A DNA stretch of 64,000 nucleotides from Zancudomyces culisetae HAW-14-8 (lineage: Eukaryota > Fungi > Kickxellomycota). The translations under genes and the position numbers were made by a program. The notes under the pieces are model-generated. The model was not told the DNA's origin and did no database searches. It saw only the letters and a program-made list of their open reading frames with translations. The DNA lies in assembly GCA_052426225.1 (NCBI GenBank), contig JBNJNM010000006.1:1178001-1242000 (forward strand), written 5' to 3'. Shown piece after piece: positions 22,776 through 33,693 of the stretch (positions are counted from its first letter, which is position 1; the number at the start of each line of letters is the position of its first letter).

Positions 22776-25700
22776 ATGGTTCCTTCAAAAAAAATATACA
22801 TAGCTATATGTATACTTACATCCCTCGTTGGGGTAAACTCCAATCCTATTTCCAATAGTGATACACAGTTCTCAGAAAACTGCACAAAAGTATACGGAAA
22901 TAAAGTGTTCTATTTGGATAGCGGCTGTTCGAAATGCAAATGCAACGATGAAAAGCTTGAATGTAACAGGTTTGCCCTGTGTGATCCTCCAGATATGGCA
23001 GATGACTCCGCACTGAGCTACAGTGAAGCAAAAAAGTGGGAATCTTACAACAACTGCGTTGCCAAAAACGGATACGATGTGTTTACAGCAGCAGATGGGT
23101 CATCAAGTTGCATATGTACACTAGAAGGATCCAAATGCACTACTCAAAGCGTTAGTAACTCTTCTGAATTGCTGGATATTATCAAACAGGATGATAATAA
23201 CTCGTCAGACGCTGATAGACTGAAGCTGGAGTTTACAAGTGCAAACATAGAAATGCATAGAGAGTGCGTGGATACATTTGGAAATGGTAGTTTTTACCCT
23301 ACACACGGGTGTTCAGTATGTATATGTACACTAAATGGCAAAATGTGTAATGATGGGTTGTGTAAACCGAAACTCAATAACTCAGTACACAGAATCAAAA
23401 TGATGGGTCGCTCAAACAGCAATGAAGCAAATTCTGAGGGCAATATCTTCAATAAACTAATGGCTAGATTGTACAAAAAATCAGCTATACCTCGATCACA
23501 CGCACCATACAACACAAATTCAGATAAAGCAAATTATAGTAGCTCATACAAAGGGTATGAGGTTAAAACTATTATTTCTACGGTAATTGTAACTAGTACG
23601 CAAAATTCCACCGTAACAGAGACTGTAACCGACTCTGGTACTGGTTCTGAAACTGTCACAGTAACTGAGACTCAATCATTTACCGAAACTAAATCGTTTA
23701 CCGAAACTCAATCGTTTACCGAGACTGAAACCGTAACTGGCACCGGTTCTGCTACAGTAACTGAAACTGAATCCTTTACTGAGACCGAGTCGTTTACCGA
23801 GACTGAGACCGTAACTGAAACTTTATCTGGCTCTGGCTCTGGCTCTGTTACAGTAACTGAAACTGAGACTGAAACTCAGACCGTAACCGAAACTGTAACT
23901 GAAACTGATTGTAGCTCTGTATCTGGCACTGGATCTGACACTGGTTCAGTTACCGTCACAGTAACTGAGACTGAAACTCAGACCGTAACCGAAACTGCAT
24001 CTGGCACTGGCACTGCTTCTACTACAGTAACTGAGACACAATCGTTTACTGAAACTGCGACCGAGACCGAAACTATAACAGAAACCGTATCTGGTTCTGC
24101 TACAGCAACTGCTACAGTAACAGAAACTGTAACGGAGACCGGCTCTGGTTCTACCACAGTAACAGAAACAGTAACAGAAACTGTAACGGAGACCGGCTCT
24201 GGTTCTACCACAGTAACAGAAACAGTAACAGGTACTGAGTCTCTCACTGTTACCTTGACTGTAACCGATCCATTAACGATCACTTCAACACTAACTGATT
24301 TCCTCACTATTACTTCCACAATCACCGATCCATTAACAATCACTTCAACACTAACTGACCTCCTCACTACCACCTCAACATTGACTCAGCCGCTTACAAT
24401 TACATCAACACTAACTGACCTCCTCACTATCACTTCAAGCTTAACTGACCTCCTTACTATCACCTCAACATTGACTCAGCCACTTACAGTTACCTCTACA
24501 CTAACTGATCTCTTAACTATTACCTCAAGCTTAACCGATATTCTGACTATTACATCAACACTAACTGAGCCACTTACAATCACTTCAACACTAACTGATC
24601 TATTAACTATCACCTCAACACTAACTGAGCCACTTACTATCACGTCAACACTAACTGATCTCTTAACTATCACCTCAAGCTTAACCGATATTCTAACTAT
24701 CACCTCAACATTAACTGAGCCACTTACTATCACCTCAACACTAACTGACCTCCTTACCATCACCTCGAGCTTAACCGATATTCTAACTATCACCTCAACA
24801 TTGACTCAGCCACTTACAATTACATCAACACTAACTGATCTCTTAACTATCACCTCAACATTGACTGAGCCACTTACTATCACGTCAACACTAACTGACC
24901 TCCTCACTATCACTTCAAGCTTAACTGACCTCCTTACTATCACCTCAACATTGACTCAGCCACTTACAATCACTTCAACACTAACTGACCTCCTCACTAT
25001 CACTTCAAGCTTAACCGATATTCTGACTATTACTTCAACACTAACTGAGCCACTTACAATCACTTCAACACTAACTGACCTCCTCACTATTACCTCGAGC
25101 TTAACCGATATTCTGACTATTACTTCAACACTAACTGAGCCACTTACAATCACTTCAACACTAACTGATCTGTTAACTATCACCTCAACATTAACTGAGC
25201 CACTTACTATTACCTCAACACTAACTGACCTCCTCACTATCACTTCAAGCTTAACTGACCTCCTTACTATCACCTCAACATTGACTCAGCCACTTACAAT
25301 CACTTCAACACTAACTGACCTCCTCACTATTACCTCGAGCTTAACCGATATTCTGACTATTACTTCAACACTAACTGAGCCACTTACAATCACTTCAACA
25401 CTAACTGATCTATTAACTATCACCTCAACACTAACTGAGCCACTTACTATCACGTCAACACTAACTGATCTCTTAACTATCACCTCAAGCTTAACCGATA
25501 TTCTAACTATCACCTCAACATTGACTCAGCCACTTACAATTACATCAACACTAACTGACCTCCTCACTATCACCTCAAGCTTAACCGATATTCTGACTAT
25601 TACTTCCACAATCACCGATCCATTAACAATTACATCAACACTAACTGATTTCTTAACTATCACCTCAACATTAACTGAGCCACTTACTATCACCTCAACA

Positions 25701-27851
25701 CTAACTGATCTCTTAACTATCACCTCAACATTAACTGAGCCACTTACTATCACCTCAACACTAACTGAGCCACTTACAATCACTTCAACACTAACTGACC
25801 TCCTCACTATTACCTCGAGCTTAACCGATATTCTGACTATTACTTCAACACTAACTGAGCCACTTACAATCACTTCAACACTAACTGACCTCCTTACCAT
25901 CACCTCGAGCTTAACCGATATTCTAACTATCACCTCAACATTGACTCAGCCACTTACAATTACATCAACACTAACTGATCTCTTAACTATCACCTCAACA
26001 TTGACTGAGCCACTTACTATCACGTCAACACTAACTGACCTCCTCACTATTACCTCGAGCTTAACCGATATTCTGACTATTACTTCAACACTAACTGAGC
26101 CACTTACAATCACTTCAACACTAACTGATCTATTAACTATCACCTCAACACTAACTGAGCCACTTACTATCACGTCAACACTAACTGATCTCTTAACTAT
26201 CACCTCAAGCTTAACCGATATTCTAACTATCACCTCAACACTAACTGAGCCACTTACTATCACGTCAACACTAACTGATCTCTTAACTATCACCTCAAGC
26301 TTAACCGATATTCTAACTATCACCTCAACATTGACTCAGCCACTTACAATTACATCAACACTAACTGATCTCTTAACTATCACCTCAACATTGACTGAGC
26401 CACTTACAATCACCTCAACACTAACTGACCTCCTTACCATCACCTCGAGCTTAACCGATATTCTAACTATCACCTCAACATTGACTCAGCCACTTACAAT
26501 TACATCAACACTAACTGATCTCTTAACTATCACCTCAACATTGACTGAGCCACTTACTATCACGTCAACACTAACTGACCTCCTCACTATTACCTCGAGC
26601 TTAACCGATATTCTGACTATCACCTCAACACTAACTGAGCCACTTACTATCACGTCAACACTAACTGATCTCTTAACTATCACCTCAAGCTTAACCGATA
26701 TTCTAACTATCACCTCAACATTGACTCAGCCGCTTACAATTACATCAACACTAACTGATCTCTTAACTATCACCTCAACATTAACTGAGCCACTTACTAT
26801 CACGTCAACACTAACTGACCTCCTCACTATCACTTCAAGCTTAACCGATATTCTGACTATTACCTCAACACTAACTGAGCCACTTACTATCACCTCAACA
26901 CTAACTGACCTCCTTACCATCACCTCGAGCTTAACCGATATTCTGACTATCACCTCAACATTGACTCAGCCACTTACAATTACATCAACACTAACTGATC
27001 TCTTAACTATCACCTCAAGCTTAACCGATCTCATTACTATTAGCTTAACTGTAACTGATCTTGCTACTGCTAGCGTAACTGTAACTGATCTTATTACCGT
27101 TAGCGTAACAATTACTAATCCACTTACAGTTACCTCTACACTAACTGATCTCTTAACTATCACCTCAAGCTTAACCGATCTTCTGACTATTACTTCAACA
27201 CTAACTGAGCCACTTACGATAACCTCAACACTAACTGATCTCCTCACTATCACTTCAAGCTTAACTGACCTCCTTACCATTACAAATACTCTAACTGTAC
27301 CATTGACCATTACAAACACACTAACCGATCTTCTGACTATCACTTCCACAATTACTAATCCACTTACAATTACATCAACACTAACTGATCTCTTAACTAT
27401 CACCTCAAGCTTAACCGATCTCATTACTATTAGCTTAACTGTAACTGATCTTGCTACTGCTAGCGTAACTGTAACTGATCTTATTACAATTAGCTTAACT
27501 GTAACTGATCCGTTTACCATTACAAATACACTAACTGATCTCCTCACCATCACTTCAACTATCACTAACCCATTGACCATTACAAATACACTAACTGACC
27601 TCCTCACCATCACTTCAACCATCACTAACCCATTGACCATTACAAATACACTAACTGACCTCCTTACAATTACAAACACACTAACTGCAACAAGTACTAA
27701 TATTCTCAACGTTACTTCAACGCTAACCAACCTCCTTACCGTTACTTCAACGCTAACCAACCTTCTTACCGTTACCTCAACGCTAACCAACTTCCTTACC
27801 ATCACCTCAACTCTAACAAATATACTTACAATAACTAAAATACTACCTTAA
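22776..27851 (+). CDS. Secreted mucin/adhesin-like protein: three Cys-rich modules, TETVT repeats, about 120 Thr/Leu decapeptide repeats
   Basis: 1691-aa intact ORF, hydrophobic signal peptide, CxxCxC...C modules. Confidence 0.88.
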   Translation: MVPSKKIYIAICILTSLVGVNSNPISNSDTQFSENCTKVYGNKVFYLDSGCSKCKCNDEKLECNRFALCDPPDMADDSALSYSEAKKWESYNNCVAKNGYDVFTAADGSSSCICTLEGSKCTTQSVSNSSELLDIIKQDDNNSSDADRLKLEFTSANIEMHRECVDTFGNGSFYPTHGCSVCICTLNGKMCNDGLCKPKLNNSVHRIKMMGRSNSNEANSEGNIFNKLMARLYKKSAIPRSHAPYNTNSDKANYSSSYKGYEVKTIISTVIVTSTQNSTVTETVTDSGTGSETVTVTETQSFTETKSFTETQSFTETETVTGTGSATVTETESFTETESFTETETVTETLSGSGSGSVTVTETETETQTVTETVTETDCSSVSGTGSDTGSVTVTVTETETQTVTETASGTGTASTTVTETQSFTETATETETITETVSGSATATATVTETVTETGSGSTTVTETVTETVTETGSGSTTVTETVTGTESLTVTLTVTDPLTITSTLTDFLTITSTITDPLTITSTLTDLLTTTSTLTQPLTITSTLTDLLTITSSLTDLLTITSTLTQPLTVTSTLTDLLTITSSLTDILTITSTLTEPLTITSTLTDLLTITSTLTEPLTITSTLTDLLTITSSLTDILTITSTLTEPLTITSTLTDLLTITSSLTDILTITSTLTQPLTITSTLTDLLTITSTLTEPLTITSTLTDLLTITSSLTDLLTITSTLTQPLTITSTLTDLLTITSSLTDILTITSTLTEPLTITSTLTDLLTITSSLTDILTITSTLTEPLTITSTLTDLLTITSTLTEPLTITSTLTDLLTITSSLTDLLTITSTLTQPLTITSTLTDLLTITSSLTDILTITSTLTEPLTITSTLTDLLTITSTLTEPLTITSTLTDLLTITSSLTDILTITSTLTQPLTITSTLTDLLTITSSLTDILTITSTITDPLTITSTLTDFLTITSTLTEPLTITSTLTDLLTITSTLTEPLTITSTLTEPLTITSTLTDLLTITSSLTDILTITSTLTEPLTITSTLTDLLTITSSLTDILTITSTLTQPLTITSTLTDLLTITSTLTEPLTITSTLTDLLTITSSLTDILTITSTLTEPLTITSTLTDLLTITSTLTEPLTITSTLTDLLTITSSLTDILTITSTLTEPLTITSTLTDLLTITSSLTDILTITSTLTQPLTITSTLTDLLTITSTLTEPLTITSTLTDLLTITSSLTDILTITSTLTQPLTITSTLTDLLTITSTLTEPLTITSTLTDLLTITSSLTDILTITSTLTEPLTITSTLTDLLTITSSLTDILTITSTLTQPLTITSTLTDLLTITSTLTEPLTITSTLTDLLTITSSLTDILTITSTLTEPLTITSTLTDLLTITSSLTDILTITSTLTQPLTITSTLTDLLTITSSLTDLITISLTVTDLATASVTVTDLITVSVTITNPLTVTSTLTDLLTITSSLTDLLTITSTLTEPLTITSTLTDLLTITSSLTDLLTITNTLTVPLTITNTLTDLLTITSTITNPLTITSTLTDLLTITSSLTDLITISLTVTDLATASVTVTDLITISLTVTDPFTITNTLTDLLTITSTITNPLTITNTLTDLLTITSTITNPLTITNTLTDLLTITNTLTATSTNILNVTSTLTNLLTVTSTLTNLLTVTSTLTNFLTITSTLTNILTITKILP
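24241..27840 (+). repeat. Coding 30-bp minisatellite (LT[DEQ][LIP]LTITS[TS])
   Basis: Column-aligned periodicity in the 60-nt lines; no frame-breaking indels. Confidence 0.97.
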
Positions 27852-29515
27852 AATCATTTCAACTACCGCTATTCATGACTTTTTTTTTACACCACAAAAG
27901 AAACTAACTATTTATTACCAGATATCTCTTTTATATATTGTAACAACTACAAATACCAATTGGTGTAAATTGTCACAACCTCAACAAACTATCCACTATT
28001 TCGAAACCTACACCCCACGTATAAAATATCTTATCGTATTGGTATTGGAGTCACATAAAAATACTATATCGTAAGTGAAAATTTACTCGACATTCATCTC
28101 GTCTTAGTATTAATTTCACCTTATTGTTTTTTAGTATATTTTCTGTTTACCTACGTCTACTAAATCAAATTTGGTTGTATTGCGTTTATTTTTATAGACA
28201 TTAACCAAAGAAGAATAATTTTGCCCAATTCAGACATTGAGCCACAATTTGCAGTTTAACTGGCTACAAACGTATTCAATACAAAAATAATAATACTCGG
28301 CTCATTTACGTACTCATATTATGCAACAATAAGCAAGAATTTATATATAAGCATAACTCGAAATATCCATAACAACCTGTGTCGTATAGCGAGTATACAA
28401 CGGAAAATTGTATGTTATTTTATACAACTATATATATGATATGTAATTGGTCTCTTAACCTTATAAATAGCATAATGATTTACAAATAGTTTTTTATAAT
28501 TATATTTTAAATTATTAATTTTTCATCGCTGTAGAAACAAAAATAGAATGCTATAATTATTATGTAAATGGAGTGAGCACCAACTTTGTGAAAGAGTGTG
28601 CAACCTTTAAATAAATAATCTTTAAATTAATCAGTATGTACCCTTCCATAATTGTATTTTTAGTAAGTAAAATTTAATGAAAATATCAGTTTTAAAACAA
28701 CTAGAATAATATAATTAAAATACAATCAAGCAAGGATAATATTACTGGTTTCGACTAGCAGTAAATATTATATAACACCTGCTAACAGCTCAATAAATCT
28801 ATAAAAAAATCTTTCACTAAATTCGTTCTTACACTTTCTTTGTATTTGTCAAAATAATGATAAACTTTTCCAACTATAGTTTTCTTTTATAATAAAAAAT
28901 ACAACCAAAAGCTGGGTTTGATCTTTAATTTTGTTACAAATTAGTCACACTAGTACTAGAATGTGGGTTTTGTGTTAAATGTAATACATATCTGAAGCGC
29001 ACTATCTTCAATTGAGATATCGTGAACTGGAGACAAATATGGTATCAAGCCAATAAAACACATGTATTTACACAGCCAAGTTCTAAACTCCAATCTCAAT
29101 ATGTGCTTTCTAATCTGATTTTGACCTATCTATCAGGAATTTGAGCACAGTTAATATTGCTGGATTTTTTTATCCTTTGTGTGGATAAATTCAACATATC
29201 CTAGGGTTAGCAACCAGACCTTGTTTCTATGATATTTCATTAACTGCGGAGCTAAATATATCACAGGTCTATTCTAAATAATATCTAAAAAGTATTAGTC
29301 TAAGTGCTATTTTCTAGTTATTTTTCTTTGAATGGATAGTATATTCGCTTGGCTTTACTTTGAGCTTTTTTCGAATATATACTGATCACAGTTGATTGTT
29401 AAAATGATTTTATTTTAAAATTGCCTCTTCATGTTTTTTAAAAGAATGAAAGTTGAAATAAAAATCTATGCAGTTAATGTTCTATTTAATAGGATGAAAA
29501 TCTAAAACCTAGAAA

Positions 29516-30043
29516 TTAGGTTCTCTTAACTTTGAGCCAAGCAAATGAAACTGCGTTTCCTCCAAGAATATCAGCTACATTGGCGATGGTCTTGGATGAT
29601 GATCTGCGGACGATTTGACATTTTCCAGTACAATCTTTTCCTGCACAGACCACAATAACACCCTTTCCTGGCTTGGTCAATCCACTCTTCTTTCCAAGCT
29701 TGATTGATGCGAATTCATCAGTGTTGTAGCACTTTCCGCGTCTGACGCTGCGCTTGCTGATTTTTTGGTCAAAGTTAGCAGCCTTGTACAATCTAACACT
29801 TGTTCTCTTGGCCTTGCGTCCACCACGGCCACGACCACGCATATCATTGAATTCACAACCAGACATATCGTTATTGTATTCAGAATCAGCTAGGTCGTTG
29901 TTGTATTCAGCATTAGCAAGATCGTTGTTGTGTTCGGAATCGGCAAGCTCATTGTTATATTCCTGCTGGGCATTTTTTAGCTTTACTGCACTGGCCATGG
30001 TTGAACCTAGGAGCAAGGCACTGACTAATACTGATTTGAACAT
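29516..30043 (-). CDS. Small secreted protein, family member 1 (acidic heptad-repeat propeptide, cationic Cys-containing domain)
   Basis: Signal peptide; repeated EYNNDLA; paralogous to 56304 and 63512. Confidence 0.88.
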   Translation of the reverse strand: MFKSVLVSALLLGSTMASAVKLKNAQQEYNNELADSEHNNDLANAEYNNDLADSEYNNDMSGCEFNDMRGRGRGGRKAKRTSVRLYKAANFDQKISKRSVRRGKCYNTDEFASIKLGKKSGLTKPGKGVIVVCAGKDCTGKCQIVRRSSSKTIANVADILGGNAVSFAWLKVKRT

Positions 30044-31580
30044 TTTGGCTATTTGTGGTTAGGTTTGGTTTGTTTTGTTTTTGGTCTGTTTGTTTTTTTT
30101 CCTGTTGAAACGATGTTGTGTTTTGTTTAAATTATGTGGTAAAATCCTTACCTTTATATACATTTGAGAAAGACGCAATAGTCTCACAGTTCACATTGTT
30201 AACACGCTAATACACAAGATAATGTTAATACCATTGAATAACCTGTATAACCTGTAATATACTCGCTAATTATTTGTTGGAGGAGGCTTTGTATATCATT
30301 ATTGTGGTATAGAATAGCATCAATAACATATTATTATTAGTCTGTTATATAATCATACATCTAGCTTAATTGAATAAACCCACTTTTAAATTCTAGCAAT
30401 TGTACATCTTTGTTGCTGTGTGGGTAATTAGAAGTCACAATACTCTAGACTTGGTTCTTATTTGAAGCTGGTGTAGTTGAATAGATATACGTTTATCAAT
30501 TTTGTGTATTGGCGAGACACTAACTCAAGTTTCACTGGCAGAGAGTAAAAAATAGAGGGAGAAAAACTCCGTTAATAGTGTAAATAGTGGTTTTAGAAGA
30601 TAATAATTGTAATTCCATTTGCCAGAGTTGTATCCATTCTCTTGTAGCAATTATATTTGGAACTGCAAATTTGTAGATCAAGAAGTATATTAACTTTGAA
30701 ATGGACAACAGTCTAGCCAATTCATGCTATTTTTTTTAAAAAAAATCTACTGGTTTATAATACGATCAACTAAAAGAGCCAAGAACATTTTCGATAATAA
30801 CAAGGACCTAGTATTTCGGTGACCATTTTCGTGAAACTTCATTGCTGCCTTAGCTTCAAAAGTTTGGGTACATGGTGGATCTCATTAACTTTTTTAATAA
30901 AAATAAAATACAATTACAATGACCAGCTTTTTTGAACCAAGTTATAATTAATTCAACCTGCATCTCAACGTCTATTACTCATGAACTCATATCGGAGTTG
31001 TTGGATGTGTAAGTACTAGCCTAGGTCTAATAATCTAGTGGATTTTATTTATCTCTTTAACTGGCCTGAATAAATCCAGTATTATCGATTTGGAATCATT
31101 AGGTATTCCAAAATATTAACGGCACACTGATAATTAAAATGGTTTATAACCAGTCCAGTTTTATTTCAAAGTTATGACTAGACCCGCTAATTTTAAAGCC
31201 TTGCTCTGGAATTAGCCCCAGAGCCCAAATCAAAATACACAAAAAAGCTAAAGTTAGAGAGATGCAATATTGATTATTACGAGCATCTCTATTTGCTATA
31301 CATTTTTTATGCTAGCTATTCAATGTCCTCCTTCTCAGTTGTTTTAAGAGAAAAGTACAAGCAATGTGAAGATATGCTAATGGAGGTGTGGTTATATCTA
31401 TATCAGTTTTTGTTTGGGACTTTTTCAAAAAAAGCTTTTTCGTAGATTAAAAATTTGGATCACCCAATAAGAAAAATAGTAAATTGGCCGCTACAAGATA
31501 TAATCAATATATATATTTTATTACTGTTTAAAACAATTAAAGAATTTAGGTTCGTATATATTATTTGGTAATTTGAGTAA

Positions 31581-33158
31581 TATGGTAATTCACGGAAAGG
31601 ATCAAGTGGAAAATGGAAAGTACAGCAAATTAACGGTGAAATTTCAAAAATACTTTTGGTATGAAATGCAACACCAGCGCAAGGTGTGGTGGAAGCCAGC
31701 AAGTTTTGTTGTAATTGCAGCGACTTTGGGAACTGTTAGGACCATTTTAAAGCTTGGCTTTAGAAAAGTTAAAGTACACAATATAACCAACTTTAAAAAT
31801 CACCTCAGTGGAGATAAAAGCAAAGCGCCATTGATAACATGTAAGTCTAAAGGAAATCTACTCTCAATTATTTCATATAGGATTAACAACTTGTAAAATT
31901 TTAACTTTTGACAATATTACTCTGTTCATTAGACAGCAATCACATTTCAACGTAAGGAAGCCACCTATTCAATTTATTTTATAAGAGTGATTATGAAATT
32001 TGAGTTTTAAATTGCCATTCCAAGCATCCAAAGCGAGTCTATAACTTTAAAAAAAGGGGAAAAACCCATGACGGAATATTGTTGACTATTACTTACAATA
32101 GCATAGACGATCCAGTGCTATGGGGTATACTTCCGAGATTTATTAGACATAGCCCAACGAAAATGCGGTGGGTGCTAGGAGCCAAAGAACTAACCATGAT
32201 TAACCCGTAACATTCTTGATTTACCTCTTATCAAATATGTTCAAGCTGTTTGCTTTTTGTAGTTGTGAAACAGAGGCAACTAAAATGTTGAAAATACAAT
32301 GTTGTAGATTTTTGGTTGCGTTTTTTTCGCTTGGAAAGGTGATACCAACTATTAGAGGTAATGGAATTTATCAGTCGTCAATGGATTTTGCGATATCTCG
32401 CATAAATAAGTGTGAATGGGTAAGATTTTCAGTCTAAATTTGTATTTTTTCACCCTCAGTTGTTTGAAACACTGTCAATAGTAATTGGTGGTGAGTATGA
32501 GTATTTTGTGGCTAATGTTGTAGCTCAAATAGTTTGAATGCATAGCACGTTTTATTCAAAAAGTGATATTCGATAGATTCATGTGTTTCCAGAGGCCAAA
32601 GTTAACCAAGAAAAAGAGCTGTTGCGATTTAAATGGGGAATCTCGCGCTTAATTATGGAGTCTGAAAGGCCACCTATAGTAATTCCAATATATCATGAAG
32701 GTACATAAACTTTGGTTTAATCTTCGGCTTATTTTTCAAGATACATCTAGTACAGTTGACATAATAATATAATTCGCTTTGCCACCAGAAAAAGTAAATA
32801 AATAAAAAATTACACACCTAAAGGATTGCAGAAAGTGTTTCCATTGAACATGCCAATAAAGTACTTGAGAATCAATCCGTTTGAAACAACGATGAGTGTG
32901 AAGTTTGGAGAACCCATTGATTTTGGAGAGGTTTTGGGGCGCTGGAAGGCAGAGCTGAATACATCAACTGTATTGGGTAAAGACAGTGATGGCACAGGTG
33001 TTATAGACATTGCAAGGCTATCCACAGAAACTGGCTCAGTGATTGATGAAATCAACAAAAAGTATCGAATTGAAATAGCAAATATTCTTGCAGAAAAGCT
33101 GGTTCAACTAGGCAGTAATATGCGTGTTAATGAATATGACAGCGGAGATCGTTGGTGA
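31581..33158 (+). CDS. TAZ1: Tafazzin (cardiolipin transacylase), 6 exons
   Basis: Exons 31581-31840, 31933-31951, 32102-32206, 32309-32419, 32577-32700, 32824-33158 give SNHISTIDDPVLWG, RWVLGA, RGNGIYQ, IHVFPEAKV, RFKWG. Confidence 0.92.
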
Positions 33159-33693
33159 ATGCGGCAATGGACTACAGATAATAGATAGTGTAGGACTATC
33201 AATATTCTCAAACATTACAATATTTCTTCAGTAGTCCCTCCCCAGGTTTGGATTCTTCATTTTTTTTTTAGTGCGGATGGGCTGGAGACGTTTTTGTAAA
33301 AGCTATAAAACTTTAGAGGTTAACATGTTTTAAAAAAGGATTAGAATACCTTGTGAATAATAAAATACATAGGATGGTGTTTAGGTATAACATTCCACTG
33401 TAAAGAAAAAAGCGGTTATTTGAAGCTTCAGGCTCGATTTGTACCATTTGTGAATGATGATCACTGTGGGTTTGTTTACTATATTTTTTTGGTGTGAATA
33501 ATATTTTTTACGACAATTTCAGATCTTTAATTTAATTTCCAGACGCTTTTAGGTCAAGAAATTAACACATACTTTTTGCTAATAAAAGAGTAGATAAAAT
33601 TCGATAAATAGTAGTATACCTTCAACTCGACGGCAGCCGTGAAAAGAAAAAAATACAGACTAGAAAATAGGAAATATAAGTACAAATTATAGA

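Noticed and set aside
23978-27805. Series of Val/Ser/Arg-rich antisense ORFs
   Set aside because: Shadows of the 30-bp coding repeat; they break only where sense ACT-CAG creates an antisense TGA
24241-27840. CRISPR-like periodicity
   Set aside because: Contiguous in-frame tandem units with no unique spacers and no cas genes; eukaryotic context
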